Shown here: positions 24,239-32,000 of the stretch, piece by piece
Layout of the letters: the number at the start of each line of letters is the position of its first letter
Position numbering within the stretch: position 1 is the stretch's first letter
Assembly (NCBI GenBank): GCA_031316235.1
Contig: JALDRA010000001.1
Location: forward strand, 1,290,001 to 1,322,000
Direction of reading: 5' to 3'
DNA: 32,000 bases
Source of the DNA: Candidatus Scalindua sp.
Lineage (GTDB): Bacteria > Planctomycetota > Brocadiia > Brocadiales > Scalinduaceae
Notes under the pieces: generated by a model
Databases searched by the model: none
Told to the model about the DNA's origin: nothing
The model's input: only the letters and a program-made list of their open reading frames with translations
Translations under genes and position numbers: made by a program

Positions 24239-25543
24239 ATGCTTCAGGGAAAACCCTTTGGTTCAACCATACATTACAAGATGAAATACAAACTCATTAC
24301 TCAGTTTAACGTCAGTAATAAAAGGGTGTTCCTGCGGACAGATTTCAACGTACCAATAGGAAATAAAAAAATCCTTGATGAATCAAAGATCAATGCTCAC
24401 CACACCACCATTGACTACTTAACAGATAAAGGGGCCAGAGTTATAGCAGGTACCCATATCGGCAGACCGGATTTTCATGGGGCTGGTTCAAGAAAGGACT
24501 TAATACACAACAACCCGGACACAGATGCGCATATAATTTTCACGTGTTTAAAAAAGGTTTATGGCGATAAGATATCATTTATTGATGCCGCTATTGGTGA
24601 AGAGGTACATACCTGCATACAAAACTTACCCCCGGGACATATACTGCTGCTCCAGAATTTAAGATATGAAAAAGGGGAACAATCTAAGGTGGAGAATGAA
24701 AAACTGGACTTTGCAAAACTCCTATCCTCTTATTTTGATGTCTATGTCAATGATGCCTTGTCTGTCTGCCAGAACAGTGACGCGTCCGTGTCTTATTTAC
24801 CCCGATTCTGCAAAAAAGCTGCTATCGGTTTCTTATTGAAGGAAGAGATTGACCGGATGGACAAGCTTATCACGCCGGGGCTTCCTGCTGCCGCATTTTT
24901 TGGCGGATTTAAGGTAAAGGACAAAATAGGAGCGTTTCAGAAATTATTGAGAAAGGGTTTTGAGATATTTCTCGGCGGTGCCATGAGAAACCCATTTCTG
25001 AAATTTAAAAATTATCATATCGGCGGGTCAAAGTTAGATCCCGGCTATGATGATATTATACACCAGATGATGAAGGATTTTGGGGATAAAATACACATAC
25101 CCGTAGATGTAAGGGTGGGAAGGATAACGGGCAAGGAGAAGCAGGATATCAGCAATCTGAGATTCGTGAACTTCCTGAAGAATGAAAAAATTCACGCAGA
25201 AGAAGAGGCGTTAGATAACGGCCCCAGGACCATGAAATTGTACAAAGAGATAATAAAACAGCATGGCATAAAGACTATGCTTGCTAACGGTCCTTTTGGC
25301 CTGATAGAAAACAGATCTTTCCGGTTCGGAACCTTTCATGTGGCCCGCATCTTTCTTGAAAATCAACAGGCATTCAGGGTGTACGGTGGCGGAGAACTTA
25401 ATCATGGCTTTAATTTGTTTTCAAAGCGGTTCAAGGTTGATACTGAAATGCTCGGTGAACGCTGTTATGCCGGGAACGGTATGCTGCAATATATTGCCAG
25501 CGATGGTGATTTGCCGGGGCTCCGGGCTTTAGCAGCTGAGTAA
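24239..25543 (+). CDS. phosphoglycerate kinase family protein, divergent paralogue
   Basis: Collinear with PGK over its full length: KRVFLRTDFNVP, GTHIGRP, NLRYEKGE, YVNDA, GGFKVKDKI, ANGPFGLIE, LPGLRALA. Several catalytic blocks are altered (see findings). The likely start is MKYK at 24281. Confidence 0.75.
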   Translation: MLQGKPFGSTIHYKMKYKLITQFNVSNKRVFLRTDFNVPIGNKKILDESKINAHHTTIDYLTDKGARVIAGTHIGRPDFHGAGSRKDLIHNNPDTDAHIIFTCLKKVYGDKISFIDAAIGEEVHTCIQNLPPGHILLLQNLRYEKGEQSKVENEKLDFAKLLSSYFDVYVNDALSVCQNSDASVSYLPRFCKKAAIGFLLKEEIDRMDKLITPGLPAAAFFGGFKVKDKIGAFQKLLRKGFEIFLGGAMRNPFLKFKNYHIGGSKLDPGYDDIIHQMMKDFGDKIHIPVDVRVGRITGKEKQDISNLRFVNFLKNEKIHAEEEALDNGPRTMKLYKEIIKQHGIKTMLANGPFGLIENRSFRFGTFHVARIFLENQQAFRVYGGGELNHGFNLFSKRFKVDTEMLGERCYAGNGMLQYIASDGDLPGLRALAAE

Positions 25544-25555
25544 TATTTTTTTGAT

Positions 25556-25695
25556 TATACTCATCGTATACTGGATTTCGGATAAAATCCGAGAACAAAC
25601 GGAGCGGGGAAGGTCCTCGGCGCTTTCTGTCCGGGGATATCAGCATCCAGGCTTTAGTTTTTAGAAAAATCTAAAACCAGATCGGTTTTCGTATA
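25556..25695 (-). repeat. family-1 intergenic element, copy D1 (140-nt variant)
   Basis: TATACTCATCGTATACTGGATTTCGGATAAAATCCGAG...TCTAAAACCAGATCGGTTTTCGTATA. Has the copy-A type central module (GTTTTAGA-TTTTT-TCTAAAAC hairpin) plus about 38 extra nt. Confidence 0.9.
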
Positions 25696-25775
25696 CTCAT
25701 CTCATACTGGATTTCGGATAAAATCCGAGATAAAATTGAGCGAGTATACCTTCACCAGGATTTGGTTTTAGTATA
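25692..25775 (-). repeat. family-1 intergenic element, copy D2 (84-nt form, central hairpin deleted)
   Basis: TATACTCATCTCATACTGGATTTCGGATAAAATCCGAGATAAAATTGAGCGAGTATACCTTCACCAGGATTTGGTTTTAGTATA. Identical to the reverse complement of copy E except for a clean 28-nt deletion. Confidence 0.9.
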
Positions 25776-25860
25776 TATTCCTGTATCCCGGCATGCAGGT
25801 GAACAGTGTAATTTCTACTTTATTTGTTAATTGTGCATCTGTGAAAGAATGTAACGAGCT

Positions 25861-27933
25861 ATGCCATTAAGCCTCTTAAACGAAGAACAGCTGAACGCCG
25901 CTACTGCTGAATTCGGGCACAATATTGTTATTGCATCTGCCGGAACCGGAAAAACTTCAACAATAGTTGGAAGAATCGCCTGCCTTCTTGACTCTCATGT
26001 TGCACCACAGGAAATTTTATTGCTCACTTTTACTAATAAGGCTGCAACTGAAATGGTGGAAAGACTTACACGGTTTTTCCCTAAAGATGTTACTTCAAAA
26101 ATAGAAGCAGGTACTTTTCACGCAATTTGCTACAAGCTTTTAAAAAAGCATAATCCGGGTCTTTTGTTAAAACAACAAACAGAACTTAAGACACTTTTTC
26201 GAAGCATTTATGAAAAACGTGAGTTTAAAAAACTTGATTACAAGGCAGCTGAATACTCGGCTAATTATCTTTATGATATCTACTCGTTTTATCAAAACAC
26301 TGAACTTGAGCTTGGTTTTGCCGACTGGATGTGTGAAAAATATCCTGACCACGAATTCTTTTCTGATATCTATGAAGACATCTCCCGTGAATATGAGTTG
26401 ACGAAAGAGAGTTACGGCTACATAAATTTTAATGACCTGCTTATAAAAACAAGAGATCTCTTAAGCACTGATATATCTGTAAACTATAAAGAGGTGTTAG
26501 TAGATGAGTATCAGGACACAAACTCCCTTCAAGGCTCACTGATAGATAAAATGAATCCCTCTTCACTTTTCTGCGTTGGTGATTATGACCAGAGCATTTT
26601 CGCGTTTAATGGTGCCAATATAAACCTGATCGGTACTTTTTCTAAAAAATTCCCTGACTCGAAAGTATTTTCTCTCAAGAAAAATTATCGATCAACCGCC
26701 CTGATACTCTCTCTGGCAGACAGGGTCATAAAATTCAATGACAGGATATATCCAAAAGAGTTGATCGTTGTGAGAAAAGATGACCCCGTAAGCCCATCAC
26801 TATTGGAATTTAATGAGCTATTTGAGCAGTACAGCAAAGTTTCCCTTATGATAAAATCAAGCTCAACAAAACATGAAGATGTGGCCGTGATCTTCAGAAA
26901 CAACTCTTCTGCAGACGGGATAGAAGCAAGTTTGAGAGAGCTTGGTGTACCGTGCAAAAGGAAAGGCGGAAAAAGCTTTTTCGATGCAAAAGAGGTAAAA
27001 GCGCTTTTTGATATCTACGCCTTCTTTGTAAACCCGAAAGACCTGATGGCTTTTATTCACATTTTCGAATATGCGAAAGGTTTAGGCAGCGCAACGGCAA
27101 AGGATATTTTTGAAGGCCTTAAAAGGCTCGGCCATGGTTCAGTTTATGACGGCATCCTGCAACCCGATACCACTATCGCCAATCCATTTGAAAAAAGAAA
27201 AGTGTATTACCAGCTGGCCCTTTTTGATGATTTTGTCAACCTGGAATGCGAATCTAAATTTTCACACCTTGATTTAGACACAAAGATTTCAGATAGTCCC
27301 ATACTCAAACACCCGAAATTCACCGATGAAAGTGCTAAATTTTTTAACGATTTTTATCTATTATACAAGAGAGTAAATAGAATAAAAAAACCTCTCTCTA
27401 TGGTTGAGGCCATAAGCGAATCAAATATCTATAAATACATAATAGATATTTTGGCGGCTAAAAGGGCTCTGGATAAAAATAAAAAAGTGAATGCGGAGGT
27501 AAAAGAGAGAGCTCTTGTAAACATCAAAAGAAAGGTTGTCCTTATTAAAGATCTTACAAAGAATTATTCAGAGAATCGGCGCTTTTTAAACGCCATGGTA
27601 CTTGGCTCAAACGAACTCACAAAAGGAGAGGGTGTTAATCTCCTGACAGTACATGCCAGTAAAGGTTTAGAGTTTAAAAACGTTTATATCCTGGATTTAA
27701 TGGATGGCCGTTTCCCAAACAGAAAGTTAGCTGCTAAAGGCGGCAGCATTGATGAAGAGAGAAGGCTTTTTTATGTGGCTGTCACAAGGGCAAGAGACAG
27801 GTTATGGCTCTCCTATGCAAAGTTTGACAAGGTTAAGAAGCTAAGTTTTGCCCCGTCGCTCTTTTTATACGAAGCAGGGCTTATAAATAATAAGGGAGAA
27901 TACAGGAAGCTTTTAATGAAAAAGGAGCGTTAG
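25861..27933 (+). CDS. UvrD/PcrA/Rep-type superfamily-1 DNA helicase
   Basis: 690 aa. Motif I ASAGTGKT, Ia LTFTNKAATEM, II VDEYQDTN, III GDYDQSIFAFNGA, IV KKNYRS, V TVHASKGLEF, VI RRLFYVAVTRARDRL. Confidence 0.9.
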   Translation: MPLSLLNEEQLNAATAEFGHNIVIASAGTGKTSTIVGRIACLLDSHVAPQEILLLTFTNKAATEMVERLTRFFPKDVTSKIEAGTFHAICYKLLKKHNPGLLLKQQTELKTLFRSIYEKREFKKLDYKAAEYSANYLYDIYSFYQNTELELGFADWMCEKYPDHEFFSDIYEDISREYELTKESYGYINFNDLLIKTRDLLSTDISVNYKEVLVDEYQDTNSLQGSLIDKMNPSSLFCVGDYDQSIFAFNGANINLIGTFSKKFPDSKVFSLKKNYRSTALILSLADRVIKFNDRIYPKELIVVRKDDPVSPSLLEFNELFEQYSKVSLMIKSSSTKHEDVAVIFRNNSSADGIEASLRELGVPCKRKGGKSFFDAKEVKALFDIYAFFVNPKDLMAFIHIFEYAKGLGSATAKDIFEGLKRLGHGSVYDGILQPDTTIANPFEKRKVYYQLALFDDFVNLECESKFSHLDLDTKISDSPILKHPKFTDESAKFFNDFYLLYKRVNRIKKPLSMVEAISESNIYKYIIDILAAKRALDKNKKVNAEVKERALVNIKRKVVLIKDLTKNYSENRRFLNAMVLGSNELTKGEGVNLLTVHASKGLEFKNVYILDLMDGRFPNRKLAAKGGSIDEERRLFYVAVTRARDRLWLSYAKFDKVKKLSFAPSLFLYEAGLINNKGEYRKLLMKKER

Positions 27934-27950
27934 AATTAACCGCAGAGTGG

Positions 27951-28062
27951 TATACTAAAACTGATTTGGTTTTCGGTTTTGCCGGAAACCAAATCCTGGT
28001 GAAGGTATACTCGCTCAATTTTATCTCGGATTTTATCCGAAATCCAGTATGAGATGAGTATA
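27951..28062 (+). repeat. family-1 intergenic element, copy E (112-nt form)
   Basis: Gap-free alignment to copy B (hand count 107/112). Sits 17 nt after the helicase stop and 22 nt before the ubiB stop. Confidence 0.95.
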
Positions 28063-28084
28063 TCAAAAACGAAAGAGACCCTAT

Positions 28085-29770
28085 TCACAGCCTGCCGGAC
28101 CGTAATATCCCTATGGCTAAACCTAATCCCAGGAAACTGGCTACAATAAAACCGATAATGCCAAGCACCGGAAACCCCAGCAGCAAGGGGCCTTTATCTG
28201 TTTGCATTATGATGGAAGAGCCGATAACCAGCGCCGCAATAATAACACTGAACCCAATCCGATTGCTTACCTTATCCATATGCAAGATCAGGTTTTCCAA
28301 TCCCTTGTGCTCAAAATCTATTTTCAGCGTTCCCTTTTTTATTTTATTCAGAATCAGATTTATATCTTTTGGAAGGGTATTTCTGAGCCTGTTTATATCT
28401 TTTGCAAATTTCCTTATCTCCTTTGCTATCTTTTTTGGACTGTATCTCGATTTTAACAGGCTTTCTACAAACGGCTTTGCCTGATCGGTCATATTAAAAT
28501 CAGGATATAAGCTTTTCCCTACGCTTTCAATAGTGAGTACCGTTTTTGCCAAAAGAAAGAGATCCGGGGGTATCCTTAGTTTATACCGTGTAACAAGTTT
28601 TACAATGTCAACTAAAAGAGGCCCCACCCTTAAATCCTTTAAAGGTAATCCATAGTAGCTGTCCATAATGACCGCAAGGCCCAAATTGAGTTTTCTCACA
28701 TCAACATCTTCTATCATTCCCATTGCGAGAAAGGTTTCACTTATCTCGGAAACATCCCTTTCTATGATGGCAGTCAGGATATTGGCAAGTTGATCTTTTG
28801 TCTCTTCATCAATGCGGCCAACCATACCGTAGTCAATAAAGACAATTCTGTTCCCCGCTGTGACAAATATATTTCCCGGATGCGGATCTGCATGAAAGAA
28901 ACCATCGATAAAGATCTGCTTCAAGATTGCGTTTGCCCCATTGACGGCAATCTGTTTTCTATCGAGACCCAGTTTCCCGATCTGCTCTTTATCGGTTATT
29001 TTTGTCCCCTCAATCCTTTCTAACGTCAAGACCCTTCCTGTTGATACCTGGTGAAAAATTTTTGGAACATATACGGTAGCATTATCTTTAAAATTCAGCT
29101 GGAACCTCACAACGTGCGTGGCTTCTGCGTTAAAATCCATCTCTTTCAGAATTGATTCCTGAAATTCATTTACAATACCTACAGGATTATAAACTCTGCT
29201 TTCCTCCATATGTTTCTCTATCAATCGCACTAATCCTTCCAGAATCTTCAGATCCGTCGTGATAACTTTTTTTATATTGGGCCTCTGAACTTTTACGACT
29301 ACCTTTTCACCACTCTTCAACTCAGCGTAATGCACCTGCGATAGTGATGCCGCTGCTACCGGCGTCTGTGAGAAATTATTAAATATTTCATTGATAGGCC
29401 TTTTGAGTTCGCTCTCAACCACTTCTTCTACTTTTTTGAATTCAAAAGGAGGTACTTTATCCTGGAGCTTCTCAAACTCTTTACAAAATTCCAATGGTAT
29501 AATATCGGGCCGGGTACTTAATATCTGTCCCAATTTAATGAATGCAGGCCCAAGCTCCTCCAATACCCTGCGGGCCCTCACCGGGACAGGCAAATCGAAA
29601 ATCTCAAGCCTTTTCATGGGACCAAACCGGAAGAGATTATTCGGTATGATACTCTGGTCGAGCTTCAAACGGTGAACAACATAACCAAAACCGTATTTGG
29701 CGAGCACCTGAAGTATCTGACGCAGGCGGTCTATGTTATAAATTTTCTGTGTTATTTCTCCAAACAGCAA
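28085..29770 (-). CDS. ubiB: UbiB/ABC1 (AarF) atypical kinase family protein
   Basis: 561 aa. LGPAFIKLGQILSTRPDIIPLEFCKEFEKLQDKVPPF, HADPHPGNIF and IDYGMVG blocks, plus two C-terminal TM segments. Confidence 0.9.
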   Translation of the reverse strand: MLFGEITQKIYNIDRLRQILQVLAKYGFGYVVHRLKLDQSIIPNNLFRFGPMKRLEIFDLPVPVRARRVLEELGPAFIKLGQILSTRPDIIPLEFCKEFEKLQDKVPPFEFKKVEEVVESELKRPINEIFNNFSQTPVAAASLSQVHYAELKSGEKVVVKVQRPNIKKVITTDLKILEGLVRLIEKHMEESRVYNPVGIVNEFQESILKEMDFNAEATHVVRFQLNFKDNATVYVPKIFHQVSTGRVLTLERIEGTKITDKEQIGKLGLDRKQIAVNGANAILKQIFIDGFFHADPHPGNIFVTAGNRIVFIDYGMVGRIDEETKDQLANILTAIIERDVSEISETFLAMGMIEDVDVRKLNLGLAVIMDSYYGLPLKDLRVGPLLVDIVKLVTRYKLRIPPDLFLLAKTVLTIESVGKSLYPDFNMTDQAKPFVESLLKSRYSPKKIAKEIRKFAKDINRLRNTLPKDINLILNKIKKGTLKIDFEHKGLENLILHMDKVSNRIGFSVIIAALVIGSSIIMQTDKGPLLLGFPVLGIIGFIVASFLGLGLAIGILRSGRL

Positions 29771-29784
29771 ATCGGGACTCCTGT

Positions 29785-30087
29785 TTACGGTTTCTGATTT
29801 ACCTTCTCTTTTAACTCTTCAATCTCAGACTTAAGCTTATTGAACTCACTGCGGGTAGGTAAACTCAGCTGCTCAGCAACACTTTTAACAATCTTCTCAA
29901 TCTTCCCTTCCAACTCATTCACACTCGCTTCACCCTTTTCAATCAGCTCACTGACCAGCGTTTTTCCTTCCTCCTGACCAAGCTCTCCCTTTTTCACCAG
30001 TTCATTCACCACCTCCTCTGCTTTATCTTTAGATACCAACATCGCTCCAAGCCCTAAACTGAGTATTTTTTTCAGAAGTTCCTGCAT
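29785..30087 (-). CDS. phasin-like (PHA granule-associated / COG3937-type) protein
   Basis: 100 aa. LSLGLGAMLVSKDKAEEVVNELVKKGE ... LPTRSEFNKLKSEIEELKEKV is the typical pattern of this family. Ends 14 nt upstream of ubiB, a common pairing. Confidence 0.7.
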   Translation of the reverse strand: MQELLKKILSLGLGAMLVSKDKAEEVVNELVKKGELGQEEGKTLVSELIEKGEASVNELEGKIEKIVKSVAEQLSLPTRSEFNKLKSEIEELKEKVNQKP

Positions 30088-30136
30088 ATTTCACTACCCC
30101 CTCTTAAATAAATTAATTCTGATCTAAATCCGATTC

Positions 30137-30379
30137 TCAGTATGATTCTACCTGACTTCCACGCAGCTTTTCCACACAAATCATCTTGTCTTCAACTTTT
30201 ACTTTTCCCTGCAATACCGGGAAATACATACTAATAGTCTGAAGAACGGTATAAAACGCATTCCCCGCAGTGCTATCCGGGTATTGAGGGTTATACTGCA
30301 ATATCAAGATCAAAATCCGTAATTTCATCGACTGCTGCCACCGCTTTGGCTGCTTTCGCTCAGCGTAACACCTTAACAA
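30137..30379 (-). CDS. hypothetical small protein (doubtful)
   Basis: 80-codon ORF with a TTG start (internal ATG gives 63 aa). No recognisable motif and no clear RBS. Confidence 0.25.
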   Translation of the reverse strand: MLRCYAERKQPKRWQQSMKLRILILILQYNPQYPDSTAGNAFYTVLQTISMYFPVLQGKVKVEDKMICVEKLRGSQVESY

Positions 30380-30413
30380 GATATACGAAAACCAAAACCT
30401 GGCTGCTGGTATA

Positions 30414-30491
30414 CCCGCCCACCTGTACCAAATCGGGCAGGCATGTTTTTATCGGGTATCTATTGTGAACGAGCCGCCGGATGCCTGATAA
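30414..30491 (+). repeat. family-2 repeat, copy 2
   Basis: CCCGCCCACCTGTACCAAATCGGGCAGGCATGTTTTTATCGGGTATCT...GGATGCCTGATAAGC. Aligns to the reverse complement of 7031-7110. Confidence 0.7.
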
Positions 30492-30569
30492 GCTTCTCCT
30501 CGTGAAAACTCGGAGGCATTCGGGTATGGCCAAACCGCATCTGCAAACATCGGTAACCCTGATTTGAAG

Positions 30570-31991
30570 CTAATTTAAGCGTGATATCGCTAGTTTTAAG
30601 AGTCCGATCAGTTTGTCGGTATCGGCGGGCTTTGGCGCCGTAGAGAATCGAGAGTTACCCTTCCATTCAATGGTAAGGCTACTGTTTCCCAGAAGGGCTC
30701 CAGCCTGTAACTCAGGCTGACCGGATTCGATATAGTGCGAGTAGGCATCGTCGCCGATACCTTTCACACGCGTCCAACCGTAGAGTTTAAATTTTTTATC
30801 CCAACCCTTCTTTACGGACCCACTCGTTCGCAAGTAGAAGATTATTTTTACTTCGCCGAGACCCTGCATATTCAAAAAGTGGCATCTGGACTGCTGCTGC
30901 TCAGTCGTGCCATCACCAGTGTTCTCATACACTTTTTCGACCGTGAAGCCCAAGTGTTGTTGTATCTCGGTTTCTGAAACCAGACAGGGACCACTGTTAG
31001 CTAACGACGGTGTGTTACCTCCCATAAACGAACGCCACGACGGGAGGGAGGAAGATTTTTGGCCGCTAACACCACCCTGGCTGCTCGTTATCACATCCCT
31101 GATTTTTTCTCCGGAACTCTTAACACCTGCCAGACCCTTTTCACCAAGCACCTTGTGCCCTTTTTCAATCTGTTCGAAAAAACCCTTTTCTCTGGAACCC
31201 GAGTTACCGGAATCCGAGATTCCTGAATTTGATCGACCAGGAATATGAAGCGGTTCGATACCTCCGTAGCGGCTGTACATAAGGTGTGCAAGCTCTGTCA
31301 GCTTTGGCAGATCATCCAGTGCCGCTTTCGGCTTCAGATAGAGCGAGATGGTCAATATGCTACCCCTCTTGGCCATACCGCCATGGTTCTGGTCCCACGA
31401 TTCACTTCCCAATATTTTCACTTGAAGCACTCCATTTCTGGATAGGGATGCAAAAGCGGATTCTCCAACCCCGGGAACATCAATGGGAGATTCTGCATCG
31501 TTTCGCATGCGTTCAAATGAACTTGCGGTGGTACTTCCGGTGTCTATCCATATCTTTACCCGGTCGTAGCTGCTGAACTGTGAATCGATCCGGCACCCCT
31601 CCTTCGGCTCCCCGGTTCGCTGGTCGGTTTCCCCTGTACTTACACCGTTTTTCACCGGTGCATCAAGTACTTCTGATACCTCCTCAGGAGTCAAGAGATC
31701 GCAAACCCCGCCGATTCCGGGACCACTATTGTGTGGTTGGCCGGGATACCAGACGCATTTCCATACACCCGTTCCCAGTTTCCCCGTTGCCTTCCAGGTG
31801 TCAGCATCCAGTAATTCATATGTCCCCCCGTCCTCCCACTGAGGAGAGCTGAGCGTCCATTTGTCATTGGATGCCTCTAATATTCCCCGGTGCTGTGCTT
31901 TCGTGTCCTGGCCGTGTAACCGATAGTGTCCGTCTGCTCTAACTACCCAGTACAGATCCCAATTGATACCAACCAGTTTCCATGTGCCCAC
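30570..31991 (-). CDS. hypothetical protein with internal domain duplication and a Ser/Gly-rich linker; possibly 5'-truncated by the window edge
   Basis: 473-codon ORF starting at a GTG. The frame stays open through the last 9 nt of the window. See findings for the duplication. Confidence 0.6.
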   Translation of the reverse strand: MGTWKLVGINWDLYWVVRADGHYRLHGQDTKAQHRGILEASNDKWTLSSPQWEDGGTYELLDADTWKATGKLGTGVWKCVWYPGQPHNSGPGIGGVCDLLTPEEVSEVLDAPVKNGVSTGETDQRTGEPKEGCRIDSQFSSYDRVKIWIDTGSTTASSFERMRNDAESPIDVPGVGESAFASLSRNGVLQVKILGSESWDQNHGGMAKRGSILTISLYLKPKAALDDLPKLTELAHLMYSRYGGIEPLHIPGRSNSGISDSGNSGSREKGFFEQIEKGHKVLGEKGLAGVKSSGEKIRDVITSSQGGVSGQKSSSLPSWRSFMGGNTPSLANSGPCLVSETEIQQHLGFTVEKVYENTGDGTTEQQQSRCHFLNMQGLGEVKIIFYLRTSGSVKKGWDKKFKLYGWTRVKGIGDDAYSHYIESGQPELQAGALLGNSSLTIEWKGNSRFSTAPKPADTDKLIGLLKLAISRLN

Positions 31992-32000
31992 GAGCCGCGA

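Noticed and set aside
25776-25860. Looked for a promoter or RBS for the helicase gene in the 85 nt after copy D2, and for outward-facing promoters in the element ends.
   Set aside because: Only weak matches were found and no convincing -35/-10 pair with proper spacing, so nothing is reported as a feature.
331-31852. Many other overlapping or antisense ORFs inside confidently called genes. Examples: 331..669-, 585..806-, 1936..2226+, 1967..2347+, 2565..2918+, 3484..3765+, 8411..8977-, 9479..9961+, 10778..11185-, 14671..15015-, 14888..15256-, 17601..17903+, 18922..19176-, 23301..23606+, 23669..23917+, 28113..28484+, 30907..31248+, 31286..31576+.
   Set aside because: Each lies within a longer ORF on the other strand or frame that has clear family motifs. 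Their sequences are low-complexity or Cys/His/Arg-rich, as is typical of shadow frames.

Overview
32-kb bacterial chromosomal window mixing housekeeping genes with decayed accessory DNA. All homology calls come from motif recognition by eye; no BLAST, HMM or folding was run. Left to right: accD; tRNA-Asn(GTT) with a terminator; a tyrosine-integrase remnant; a secreted tandem-repeat protein that appears split by a frameshift; an internally deleted IS1595-type element; a small coiled-coil protein; a COG1533/SplB-type radical-SAM protein. Next comes a four-gene respiratory cluster: tetrahaem cytochrome c, Tat-exported 4-cluster ferredoxin, NrfD/PsrC-type membrane subunit, and an HAO-family octahaem cytochrome c. 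Then an AI-2E/PerM permease, ackA, a periplasmic binding protein with a Cache-HAMP-GGDEF-EAL sensor, a hypothetical protein, a PQQ-dehydrogenase fragment, hmp and wrbA. A patch of gene fragments follows (amidohydrolase fragment, Smr remnant, GIY-YIG gene, Smr gene, IS200-type tnpA remnant). The window ends with a divergent phosphoglycerate-kinase paralogue, an AT-rich UvrD/PcrA-type helicase, ubiB with a phasin-like gene, and a partial hypothetical protein. Main observations: (1) an HAO-like octahaem enzyme sits beside a cytochrome/FeS/NrfD quinone module, a possible alternative hydroxylamine/nitrite:quinone redox module. (2) A roughly 112-nt hairpin-rich intergenic element with TATAC...GTATA ends occurs six times, with compensatory substitutions in its central hairpin and modular length variants. 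(3) Two sister copies of that element flank the AT-rich helicase gene in inverted orientation. (4) A GIY-YIG gene is bracketed by about 82-bp direct repeats that duplicate the 3' end of the adjacent Smr gene. The HAO family is typical of nitrifiers, anammox planctomycetes and some Campylobacterota, but the taxon cannot be established from this window. No CRISPR array, rRNA or intact transposase was seen.
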